From Azolla caroliniana (lineage: Eukaryota; Plantae; Polypodiophyta), in assembly GCA_043228905.1 (NCBI GenBank), contig JBHGNT010000014.1, forward strand, positions 2,790,001-2,854,000: DNA of 64,000 nucleotides, read 5' to 3'. Both the position numbers and the translations under genes were made by a program. This document shows, piece after piece, positions 12,446 to 22,958 of the stretch. Numbering within the stretch: position 1 is the stretch's first letter; every line of letters begins with the position of its first letter. The notes under the pieces are model-generated. The model saw nothing but the letters and a program-made list of their open reading frames with translations, was not told where the DNA came from and ran no database searches.

Positions 12446-15400
12446 CAGTGTTGCCTTTTGACGGCTAACATTGCCTGTCATGAGAACGGTATTCCAAAAA
12501 TTTTGCCCGTCAAATTGACGGTTTGTCAAAAAAAATGCCCTTCAAAAAGTAAATACATCGAATATTTGTACGAAACAATATATTATATCCTTCTATCCTT
12601 TGCATCTTTCCAAATTTCATGTACACGATCCCATTGTATTTCTTCAATGCGTGGCCCATTCAATGAGACTCGCATTAAATCATCTAAATGCTCTATATTC
12701 AATCGATTTCTTTTCATCTCTTTGATGAGATTTTGCTTAGAGAACCCTCTCTCACACGAAACTGTGCTAGAAGGAATAACCAAAGTAGCTTGCCATAATT
12801 TCATCAAATGAGGGAAACTATCTTGCCAATCCTTCATTTTGCAAAACATACGCCAAGCTTCATGCATAGTATAGCCTTCACAATTTAAACGTAAAGTGTC
12901 AACAAACCTATAGAGTTCCATTTCACAAGCCTTTGCATCATGTGAAATTTGAGGACATGCATTGACATCAACATTTGGCTGTAAGTGAGAAATCAAAATT
13001 CCCAACCATGTCTTTGCTTTACTATCCCTAATCACATCATCATCTGCATAATGGCATGGGCTGAATAATTTTGCTGCATTGAAGAGGCTTAAGTCAGGGA
13101 ATCTTGCATTTAGTCCATCAATAACATTTTGCACATAATTTTGAGATAGTTTAATACAACTTTCAAGTGATCCATCTATAAATGGCCTCATTCCCTTAGA
13201 TTTTGCAATATTGGGATTTGGATCATTTTGACTTGCTTTATCCATAGGAATTTGTTTGAAGTATAGTTCATGTCTATATGTAACGCCATCTTTATCCTCT
13301 ATTTCCAAAAACCCAACTTTAGAACATCTTAAGAACTTGGATAAATACATTGTTCCATCCGCAAATGTGTCATTTCTCAAGAAAGACCTCCGCAAATTAG
13401 AAATTGTAATATCAATTTCTGCACCAATTGAAGTTACATCCAAATTCTCTTTTTGAAGTTTCAAGCTCAAGATATTCATCAAATGCAACACATCAGCCAT
13501 CATACAAAAGCAAAATTGCACACTATAGATACAAGCTTTATTATACCACTCGTTTAAGTTCTCTTTCTTCCAAATAGTAAGTATTGCAGGCATTATACTC
13601 ACTAGTCTTTCCATGACTTGACCACGTGACAACCAACGAATATTATGAATTTGTAATGGTCTATGAGCATCCAATTGCATTTGTTCCAAGAGCTCTAAAA
13701 TTTCATGTGTCCTTTTGGTACTATTGTTAGCCCATGCATATACCTTATTTGCAATTTTTTCTACAAGAATGAGCTCAGGGATATCTTTAGATACATCTGA
13801 AATAACCAATGCTTCTCTATGAGCAATACAATGTACACCAACCAAATTTGGGATATCATTTTTCATTAATGTTACTGTTCCAATTTCACTACCAATCATT
13901 GATGATGCACCATCAGTTGCCAATCCGATCAACTTGTTCATGTTGAGGCATCGATCGCCTAATAGATGCTTAACATGTTCATATATAGTTCTACCTTTAC
14001 CATTGGGAATTTTCAGCAAACCCATATATTCAGTTTGCTTAGGCCCACAACCACCACATTGCAAATATGTAACATACATAATGAGATGCAACTCTAATCC
14101 ATTGTCAGTACTTTCATCTAGCATCAAAGAGTAGTATGGGGAATTTATTAGGTTTGAGCTTTGAATTTCTAGAAGATATTTCCCGAAGGCAACCAAAAAT
14201 TCATATCCCCCATATCTACTAGTATAAGATATATAATCATGTTGCTTAGGCATATTAGGCACCTCTAGTAGCACAGCCAAATCACATAATTCTTGGTATG
14301 TAGCGATAGACAAATCTTTTTTTGCAATAAAGTACATGAGTTTCATTGTTGTTATGACCTTATTTTTGTTAATATCATCTAATTGTGATACATGCTTTGG
14401 GATGGACATTGCTTTCCCTTCAACATCACATATCCACTTTGATGCACATAATTTATGACCACTTGAGTTGACATGGGTCAAAATTGCATCAAGTTGCAAA
14501 GTAATGCATCCAGAACCAAGACCCCAAGGCCCAGGACTAGCGTATTTCTCACACCATGCACATTTCATTAATGTTTTGTCTCCTTGCACAATGCATCTTA
14601 TCCATGGGAATTTATCTCTCCATGCTTCACGGAATTTTCTCTTAGGCTTTTCTTTAGTTATATTAGAGGAACAACTCTCTCGAGTTAAACTCTCTAAATC
14701 AGTCCCAAACATATCCATATCCTCATTTAAATCATTGTTTAGATTTATGTCATTGGTATCGTTGGGTGGTTTCCATGCAAACATCGCACTGATGGTTCGT
14801 TGGTTTTTTCTTTTAGGAGCCATAATTATTCTGAATAAGAAGAAATGGGTCATGTAAGAAAAGATCATACCATCAGTTCAAAACAATCACTAGCATCATT
14901 AAACCCATACATATTAGTTATGACCTGTTGGGCAATGAGATTTTACATGAATATAATTCCCAAACTTTTGCCCTTAAAGAGGAGAGCAATACTAGTTTTG
15001 ATGGACTAGTAAAAGAATTTGGGTGGATCAGAACAACAAGGGTTTGAAGTGGAGCATCGGGAATAGGAAAAAAGTCAATGGACGAGGCTCAAACTCAGAT
15101 GTTAAGGTGTGAATGGGGGGGGAGTCACGTATTAGAATTTAGAACAAAAATACGAAGGGTATCAGCTGTAATTACGTGATACTACACCAAAGGGTATTTT
15201 GTAATAATATTAACCCAATAACAGATATTATTCTTCCAAATTCTAAAGGGTGTTTTATGAAAACGTAAAAATGAAGGCTTAAAATTTCATAATACCGTCA
15301 AATTTTACTAAGACCAATACTATAGTAGTATAGTCCTAGGTAGTAGGAACAAATTGTTCAAGTTGCATTGGGAGTGTAGGAATTTGGAAGGCTCACATAT

Positions 15401-15640
15401 GTCACTAATAACTATGTGTGTAACAAAAAGGTAAAAAAACTAATAGAGTCTAAATTATGAATCTTTACTTCCCTTTTCCCCCCTTTTCCCCCTTTTCCCC
15501 CATTTTCCCCCATTTTCCCCCATTTTCCCTGTTTGTTCGTTGCTCCCTCAGCCCTGCACCTTGCTGGAAGCTTGTTGCTCGTTGCCAGCTACTCATAGAT
15601 TCAACATCTCCTGCAGCAGTCCTCCTCAACCATCTAAGGT

Positions 15641-15685
<45 letters not shown>

Positions 15686-15800
15686 ATCCATTTTTGCTGC
15701 TAGTCTTTCCAGAATGACTGATATCATCTGAATAGTTGTGATTATTCATTCCTGTCTTATATGGTTGTGATATGTGCATCACTCGTAGACCTGAACACTG
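12446..15800 (-). mobile_element. hAT DNA transposon (right end uncertain: ~15322 or 15800)
   Basis: CAGTGTTGCC terminus at 12446 with subterminal CCGTCAAA/TTTGACGG motifs, also seen near 15295. Candidate partners are AACACTG at 15794-15800 or CCAATACTA ending at 15322. No perfect 8-bp TSD. Confidence 0.55.
12583..14868 (-). CDS. hAT transposase (ZNF862-like), uninterrupted ORF; likely start at MAPKRK
   Basis: N-terminal zinc finger (W..KFPW..C..C), LMLDESTD, ATDGASSM, HCIAH, RWLS, and C-terminal hATC motif SSTVSCERGFSKQNLIK..RNRL. Confidence 0.9.
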   Translation of the reverse strand: MIFSYMTHFFLFRIIMAPKRKNQRTISAMFAWKPPNDTNDINLNNDLNEDMDMFGTDLESLTRESCSSNITKEKPKRKFREAWRDKFPWIRCIVQGDKTLMKCAWCEKYASPGPWGLGSGCITLQLDAILTHVNSSGHKLCASKWICDVEGKAMSIPKHVSQLDDINKNKVITTMKLMYFIAKKDLSIATYQELCDLAVLLEVPNMPKQHDYISYTSRYGGYEFLVAFGKYLLEIQSSNLINSPYYSLMLDESTDNGLELHLIMYVTYLQCGGCGPKQTEYMGLLKIPNGKGRTIYEHVKHLLGDRCLNMNKLIGLATDGASSMIGSEIGTVTLMKNDIPNLVGVHCIAHREALVISDVSKDIPELILVEKIANKVYAWANNSTKRTHEILELLEQMQLDAHRPLQIHNIRWLSRGQVMERLVSIMPAILTIWKKENLNEWYNKACIYSVQFCFCMMADVLHLMNILSLKLQKENLDVTSIGAEIDITISNLRRSFLRNDTFADGTMYLSKFLRCSKVGFLEIEDKDGVTYRHELYFKQIPMDKASQNDPNPNIAKSKGMRPFIDGSLESCIKLSQNYVQNVIDGLNARFPDLSLFNAAKLFSPCHYADDDVIRDSKAKTWLGILISHLQPNVDVNACPQISHDAKACEMELYRFVDTLRLNCEGYTMHEAWRMFCKMKDWQDSFPHLMKLWQATLVIPSSTVSCERGFSKQNLIKEMKRNRLNIEHLDDLMRVSLNGPRIEEIQWDRVHEIWKDAKDRRI

Positions 15801-15874
15801 CCAAACAAAAATTCCAAGAAGCGATTCAAGTCACCATTATATGTAGATGGATCCGGAGGCTTTTATATTTCAAT

Positions 15875-16654
15875 TTATGACTTTGACAACCTTTCAATTG
15901 CACCTTTCATACTTGGAACCTCTTTACAATTGAGCATCTGATCCCCGCTAAGTAGACGTTGTTGTACTCTATGTAGCCGCATGTTACTAACACATAACGC
16001 AATTTTGAATGCAACTCTACATATCTGTTGCGCATGGAAGATATAATACTCGAATGATACTTTGATCCCCGTACATTTGTCAGATACTAGTTGCATATGT
16101 GACCCGAGGTAAGTGTCTTGCTCATCACTGGTTATCGAAAAATAGTATCGCCTTAATTCTCGCAACTTTGATTTTCCAATCATAGACATACAACCACGGG
16201 CACAACATATTTTTTTGACATCAAATCCAATTTGTTTATCTGATGTCACCAAGCTAAATCTAGCGAGACGAATTCTTCGTGGGATTCTTCTAATATGCAT
16301 AGGGCTCCCAGATTTCTCTTCCTGCATAGAGGTTGGTGTAACCTTGTTACAGTCTAATTCTCTGTTGTGACCATCGCCAATGTTATTCAATGTTTCCTGG
16401 GCACTTCCTTCATTCTCGGTATCTTTATTAATATCGTATTCTTCAATAGAGAACTCTTCACATGTGTCATTATTTACATTCCCTGTAGATGAGCTCAGAC
16501 AATATTCTTCGATAGAATATGGTGAGTCGGTCGACAGACAATATTCTTCAATCGAATATGGTGACTCTGTTGACAAACAATACTCTTCAGTAGAAAACGA
16601 TGGGTCTGATGACAAACAATATTCTTCAATCGAGAACGGTGAATCTTCACTCAT
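15875..16654 (-). pseudogene. 3'-truncated ORF resembling the Cys-rich N-terminus of Sola-like DDE transposases; starts with 13-aa repeats
   Basis: Pattern CCARGC...LRRYYFS...EQDTYL...YYI...ICRVAFKIALCVSNMRL. The ORF stops before any catalytic domain. Family call is from pattern recognition only. Confidence 0.45.
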
Positions 16655-17354
16655 GGCTTAAGGTCTAGATAGGGCTCTCTAAGTTATGTGCTTAGGGTAA
16701 GGAAAAAAACTAATAAGCTCCTCTCTAAACATATACTCCTCTCTAAACATAAACTTCTCTCTAAACAAAAGCCAAATCAATAGAATGTCTATATTATGTA
16801 ATATTCTATTAATACAATACATCAAAAAATTATTTTTAATAAAGTAATTATACTTAAAATATCAATTATTATATAAACTAGATCTATATGAAGTTAAATC
16901 AAGTAAAATCTAAAACTAATCATTAACAAGCCATGAATATGTTGGATTAATGTTAAAATCATTGGCTAATTAATGGCACCCATTTTGATATAGAACGTCT
17001 CACTCATTGGTTCTTTAATGCTCACCATTTTAAATATTAGACTTATCAATCATTGGTTAATTCATGCCAACATCTTTAATACATAGCATTTGAGAGTCAT
17101 AAAAATTGTTGCTTTTAGTAATCAATCATTGGTACATTCATGAACCTCTATCATTGTCTCCTTCATAACCTTTGAAGTCATTGTAGGTTGTTATGACTAT
17201 AAAAGATTGATCAATATGTTAGTTTGACTTTGTAATCATTAATACAATCATAAGTTACTCTAGTTAATGTGACTATGGTTACCAACTAACTATCCTCAAA
17301 GTTACCAACCTTGGTTAAGGTGACTATGGTTACTTTAACCAATGTGGTCAATCC

Positions 17355-17362
17355 CTATAAAT
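17355..17362 (+). promoter_or_regulatory. TATA box of the ParB-MTase gene
   Basis: TATAAATA, then a 5' UTR with 9-bp agagcacac repeats and accATG at 17507. Confidence 0.55.
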
Positions 17363-17506
17363 AGGAAGACCTTGTCATATTTCACTCACAAGAGCGTACA
17401 GAGCGTACAGAGCACACAGAACGTAGAGAGCACACAAAGCACACAAAGCACACAGAGCACAAAGCACGAAAGCGCGATCTCCGCCTCCACGTCCACACGA
17501 TCAACC

Positions 17507-20500
17507 ATGTCTTCAAAGAGAATCGAGCGCGAGGACTCCAGGTAGGCCTCTGACACTGTGGACATTTTTGTAAATATGTTTCGTCACTCAAGAACTCGAT
17601 ACGCCGTATCGAGTTCATGTATACAATACAAACTTTATACATGAACTCGATATGGTGTATCGAGTTCATAATTTGTTTTTGCTTTTTAAACACGAACTCG
17701 ATACGCCGTATCGAGTTCCCGTTTAAAAAGCAAAGAAAGTAGAGGAACTCGATACGGCGTATCGAGTTCCCGTTTAAAGTTTAGGATTTAAACAGGAACT
17801 CGATACGCCGTATCGAGTTCCTGTATAAAAGAAGGCTCTAAGAGAGAAAAATTGTGTTTTTGGGGTAACAAATAATTATGGGGTGGAAAAGATATCAAAT
17901 TGTCTGGCAAAATCAGTCTTTTTTATGTTGACTTTCCTTACTTTAAAAAAAAAACATGCTCTAATAATAGGTGTTTTATGACCTACTTTAGCTTAAAATA
18001 GTAGAAAATGATCCACAAATTGCCTTTACGATAGCAAATTCTCCTCAATACAGGTTTGGAATCTATATAAGTCATACCTACTATTTAAAAGAATATATAA
18101 CCCTGTTTACTTATTACGATATATATTTTCTAGGTTGAATAGCCCTGCCTATAATAGATTTTTGAATATAGGACTGCTAGTGGGAACTGTTCTTCATGTT
18201 AATATACAACCTTAATCTACGTGACTACCTAACTTATGTTTTTGCATATACTTTCTTAAATAGGTCGTTTGAGAACCTGTCGGACCGACCCGTGAAGAAA
18301 AAATAAAGCTACGCATACAAGGTTCTCCAATCGAAGCCCAGACCAAGGTAGCTCCTGAGACCATGAAGAGAGGAAAAAAGCTTCTCTTTAACGAAGAGAC
18401 AAAATCTCAGCCACATAGTGATGTTAGCCAAAAGAAACTTGTCGCCGCTACTGGAGGTGAAGACCTTCCTGACCGAGATCTAACGGACAAGGAATGGTGT
18501 ATGCAATATGTCGACTCAAAGAAAAAAGTCGTATTGTATACAACAAAGAAGAAGGGTGAGGGGCAGCTTGGAAAGGAAACCCCATTTATGTATGGCCGTA
18601 TTCTACGATTTGACTACGAAGATGTAGATTCGGCCAACATACTGGTAATGATAGAGTGCTCCAAGGGGGTACGTAAAGTGTTCCTTTCAGAAGACCTTTT
18701 AGTAAAGGAATCTTGTGGGCCAGAAGCGTTCAAAAAAGCACTTGATAGCTCACAAAACCTTATTGTTACCTTGAGGCCTTATATACAAGGCCATGTAACT
18801 CTAAGAGATGAAGTGCCCTCCCCATTGAAGGCCACAAAAAGGGTATTCAAAGTCCAGTCAAGACCACCAAAGAAGAAGACAACCAAAATGTCGGATACGG
18901 ATTCAACAAGTGAAAACGAAGAGGAGGATAATAAGGGGACGCCAGGAGCTGAGCTGGCCTCGGGTGTTTTGTCATCCGAGCAGAATAAGATAACGAGAGA
19001 GTTAATGCAACGGAAACTGGTCAGGAAAGGGCAAGTGTTTAATTTGCCTATAACACACATCCATCGGCCCCCTATTGATGAAAAAACAGGTCGACGACCA
19101 CTTGAGATTAGAGAGCCACACCGCATGCATGTTCAAAATCTCAAGAAAAAAATGAAAATTAATCCTCATGCCACTGTGGTGCCTTTTATTGTTATGGTAG
19201 ATCCTGAAGAATGTGAAACCATTGAAGATTTTGATATTAGAAAGCATGATCAATATAATTATTTTGTCATTGGTGGATCGCATTCAGCAGAGGCACGTCG
19301 GCAACTTGTGAGAGAACATCCAACAACTTTCTTCTTCAAGTATGCCGAGTGCAAAATTTATGTTGGGCTCACAACCGAAGAGGCTAAGCTGTTGGCATGG
19401 GACCATAATAATGATAATGACTATAGGCAGAAAATGTCGTCCATTGAGCGTATACGGTTCTTCCACCACGAGTATTTAGACGTGAAACAAAAGTTTGGTG
19501 TGAAGTTACATCCAGGCCTTCGACGTCAATGTCTGCATGAAGTCGGCATTGTGGTAGATGATAATGCTAGGTCCGATGGTCTTCGAAAGTATGAGTCTTG
19601 GTTTCAATTGGCGTTTAGAGATGGAGAAGTATGGGACCTACAAGATCAAATCTTCTCAATGTGGGAGAATAAGGAGGTAAAGGGTCAACGACAAAAGAAA
19701 TGTAGGGTTGACCCTCAACTAGAGTTAAAGTCACAAGCCGCCAAGAAAATTGACTTGACAATTGAAGAAGCGGCAGACGACATGAAGCTGTCTCTATGGA
19801 GAGCGATGCAAGGTATTAAGGACGAGCAGCTTCTTGTGTCGGTTTTGTCAAGGGTTGTGGCGAAAGATTTAAGCCTTGAAGAAATGGTCACTGAGTTCAA
19901 TAAGTAAGTCTTTCAAATACTGAAATTGTAGTCTATCTGGTGTAATTCAAAGTTCTAATCTTGATTTCTAATTTTACAGTCATAAGGTGTACATGAAGAT
20001 CCAAGAAGTTATGATGAAACAACTTGGATGTATAACTTGGGGACAAGTGACCGAGGATTATCCTCTAACGTCTTCGTATAAGGCGTTATCAGAGTATTTT
20101 ATTGCATTCAAGGATTGGGTTAGTATTCATGGTTTTTCATTACCCTTTCATCATATGTAGAGCTTGTATAATAATACCTGATGTCCTATTGCTTCTATTA
20201 GAAACCGTGTCGAGGCAAGAAACAAGGAGAAGTTAAGGATATACACGATTTCCCTACATCCTTCCTTGCACATCTCGAGCGAGCCAGAAAATAAAAGGAT
20301 CGTCGCTTAGTCAAGGCGTACGAAATGGAGGAAGATGGCTCCTTTAAAAAATTTAGCCACAAAAAAGATATTACGAGAGATCTTTACTACAATGTGGTTT
20401 GCGGTGATGTCATCGACTTGATCCAGAAGGTGCCAAAGAAGGAATATACGCTAATGATTGCGGATATTCCTTACGGATTTCGAATGGCTGGGTCATCATA

Positions 20501-21491
20501 CGACGATGAACCATTTAGGTTTAAACAATTGGAGAAGATGGTCAAGAATTTCGCTGAGCTAACGACCGCATCCTTGTGGCGAATAGTTGTCTTTCATAGT
20601 ATGGACCAAGGGTACTCGGTAGCTCAAGCTTTGAGATCTCGTTGCCATGGCATCGAGAACCTTGCATGGTAAGGATTATTTATAGGTGTCTTTCACTATA
20701 TTGCATTTCTTAAGGTTGTTGAATCTATTCTTAACTCAATGAATTATTTTTTATAGGATCAAGACCAATGTAAATAGAGGGCCAACTTTTCGGTTCGTTA
20801 ATGCCATTGAATACATAACGGTTGGCTACTTCGATGAAATTAAGAAACAGAGAATCAAAGAGCATTCTAATGAAGTGGGAGGTTCAAATCTGTTGGTATA
20901 TCCAACAGTGACACGGAAATTGCGACATGTCACCACGACAAAACGGGGACTTGTCAACCCATACCAAAAACCTCAACAACTTATGATGCGCTTGATCGAG
21001 ATGTTTTCTGTCGAAGGAGACTGGATATTAGATCTCTTTTCTGGCATAGGTATTCCTCGAACTAGGGTAATGATCTTGAGATAACCAATCCCTTTTTTTT
21101 CGTTTGACAACTAAATCTTCTTCTTACTTACATCACAGGAACTACGTCTGCATGTGCATTGAAGCTGTTTAGAAATACAGTTGCATTGGAGAAGGACGAG
21201 GACCAAGTTATATTTATTAATATGCGGATTAAGGCTTTGTGGGAGTGCCCAGACTAGGATGAGGAGGTCGGTGCAAAGAACCTCGCCAATACAGAAAGGT
21301 TTCAACCTGCTTCGCGAGAGCCTATTCCTCCGTTAGCCGGTGAACCGGGGGAGCTAATAGAGCTTGATGATGAGCTTATAGAAGATATTTCGTTGGCTCG
21401 GCTAACAGGGGAAACCAATGCACGTATAGCCGAAGACAGTTCTACACAAGATGATGAAGAAAATGACGTTGATGAATTGATTGCTATGTAA
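17507..21491 (+). pseudogene. ParB/Srx-like domain fused to a beta-class N6-adenine/N4-cytosine DNA methyltransferase. Exons 17507-17541, 18264-19903, 19980-20118, 20202-20668, 20757-21049, 21139-21491.
   Basis: Five GT-AG introns with matching phases. MTase motifs: VVCGDVIDLIQKVPKKEYTLMIADIPYG (motif IV), WIK...EYITV, NPYQKPQQLMMRLIEMFSVEGDWILDLFSGIG|TTSACALKLFRNTVALEKD (motifs X, I, II). ParB-like: LPITHI..REP..HVQNLKKKM..VPFIV..YFVIGGSHSAEA..TTEEAKLLAWDHN..MSSIE. Lesions: 1-nt frameshift in the A-run near 18300, TAA at 20292, TAG at 21255. Confidence 0.82.
17592..17820. repeat. Array of five 25-bp palindromes GAACTCGATACG(C/G)CGTATCGAGTTC, exact 51-bp period
   Basis: Copies start at 17592, 17643, 17694, 17745 and 17796; spacers are 26 bp and AT-rich. 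Confidence 0.95.
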
Positions 21492-22577
21492 TAGACTCTA
21501 TGAAGAATATGACACTGACGATTTGTTAAGATTTCACATTATTAATACAAATTTTGGGTTTTACCTAGTGGATTCTATTCTTTATAATCTTCTATATGTT
21601 TCAATTTTATTTTTATATACTTGATTAGTAGATTTATGACATTGGTTTCACCGCGTGCATAGCTGACTACCAATCTTATGGAGAAACATGAACTAGTTTA
21701 AATGGAGGCTGATTTTGGTCCAAGCTAACCTTAACAGAACATGGCCCTATAATTGTTGCCATGACTGTCCATGTTGTTATTATGGATCTTTGTCTTTTAT
21801 TGTTAAAACTATTATGTTTCTATTCCATTGCTGCTTAGATTGTGTAGTGTGTTGATAATGGTTCCAGTTGCGTTATCATTCGGAGTTTGATCTTGTGTGA
21901 ATCACCTAAGCAATAGAGTAGATCAATTTTAAATACAGGTATGAAAGCCTAATAGGTTTGTTATTTCCACGACATTATCCTAAAGTTCACTGCCTTACAT
22001 TGTCCACAATTATAAACATATGGTTTGATCCCATATGAACAAACTGAGGAATAGATTAGATCAACTTTAAATACAAGTATTGAATACTTTAATAAGTTAG
22101 TTATTCCAATCACTTATCCTAATGTGCACTATCCTACATTTTCCACAATTACATACATGCACGTATGGGTCAAAGTATAAATTATATCTCATTTTATTAG
22201 TATGGATACAAGTACACTTGATATTTTTGTAAAACTTACCTAATTAATATAAGTCTTTAAGTTAGTGTTTCCCTTGTCGCACAGTAGTGACATATTGAGC
22301 CATAGTTGAACTTTATTATGCCTACATTAACTTATCAACATGTCTAAACTTGCATGATTTCTAATGATCTCCACTCGTAGATCTATCATGTATTTTTATA
22401 TTTGCAAATTCTCATCAAGTTGAGGAACATGTGATACTAGTGCATCCAATTTTTGTAGAGAGGGTGTATTTGCTTCGTTTTAAGAAGATTCTACAAGTGG
22501 AATGTGCAATCCTTCCACTTGTGAACGCGAACGTGTTTGTTGGTGATATCACATATTGTGCCCCTTTACACAAGCTC

Positions 22578-22954
22578 CACTAGGGTTTTTATAGCTCTCT
22601 TCATGCACAAAACCATGGGTTTAGAACCATGGTTTTGGGGACACGGTTTTGCTTATGACATGCACAATCCATGGGTTTAGAACCATGGTTTTGTGCACAT
22701 GGTTTTCTATGGTTGTTTCGTCTATAATTCGTATATGAAAAAATAAAATTTACACTATATGATAGTTGTCCTAGTGGTAAAGCAAACATCTTGTATCTTA
22801 GAGGTGCAAGGTTCAAACCTTGCTTGCACCCCTTTGTATGAACTCAAGTGCCACTAGGCCTTAGGCTTATTTGCTAAGTGCATGTGCAATGTTGCACATC
22901 CTTGGTTTATTCGTCTCACTCAGTTTCACACCGTAGCCGAAAATCGTCACGACA
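22578..22954 (-). mobile_element. Truncated Gypsy LTR (U3 part, minus orientation)
   Basis: Minus-strand start TGTCGTGACGATTTTCGGC resembles the LTR A start TGTTGTGAAGAATTTCGGC. Flanked by ACGT. Contains CCATGG repeats, a tRNA-like box and TATAAAAACCCTAG near the break. Confidence 0.55.
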
Positions 22955-22958
22955 ACGT

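Noticed and set aside
15457-15782. Extra exon of the hAT or Sola-like ORF
   Set aside because: Low-complexity (TTCCCC)n/(CT)n sequence with no convincing coding continuation
17592-17820. CRISPR array (palindromic repeats with equal-length spacers)
   Set aside because: It lies in a spliceosomal intron with no cas genes; repeats alternate orientation and spacers are related to each other and AT-rich
18363-21491. Bacterial or phage contamination as the source of the MTase
   Set aside because: The gene has five GT-AG introns and a TATA promoter and is continuous with plant TEs
22493-22582. Helitron 3' end (hairpin plus CTAG)
   Set aside because: The hairpin is about 55 nt from the CTAG rather than about 10-15, and no Rep/helicase is present
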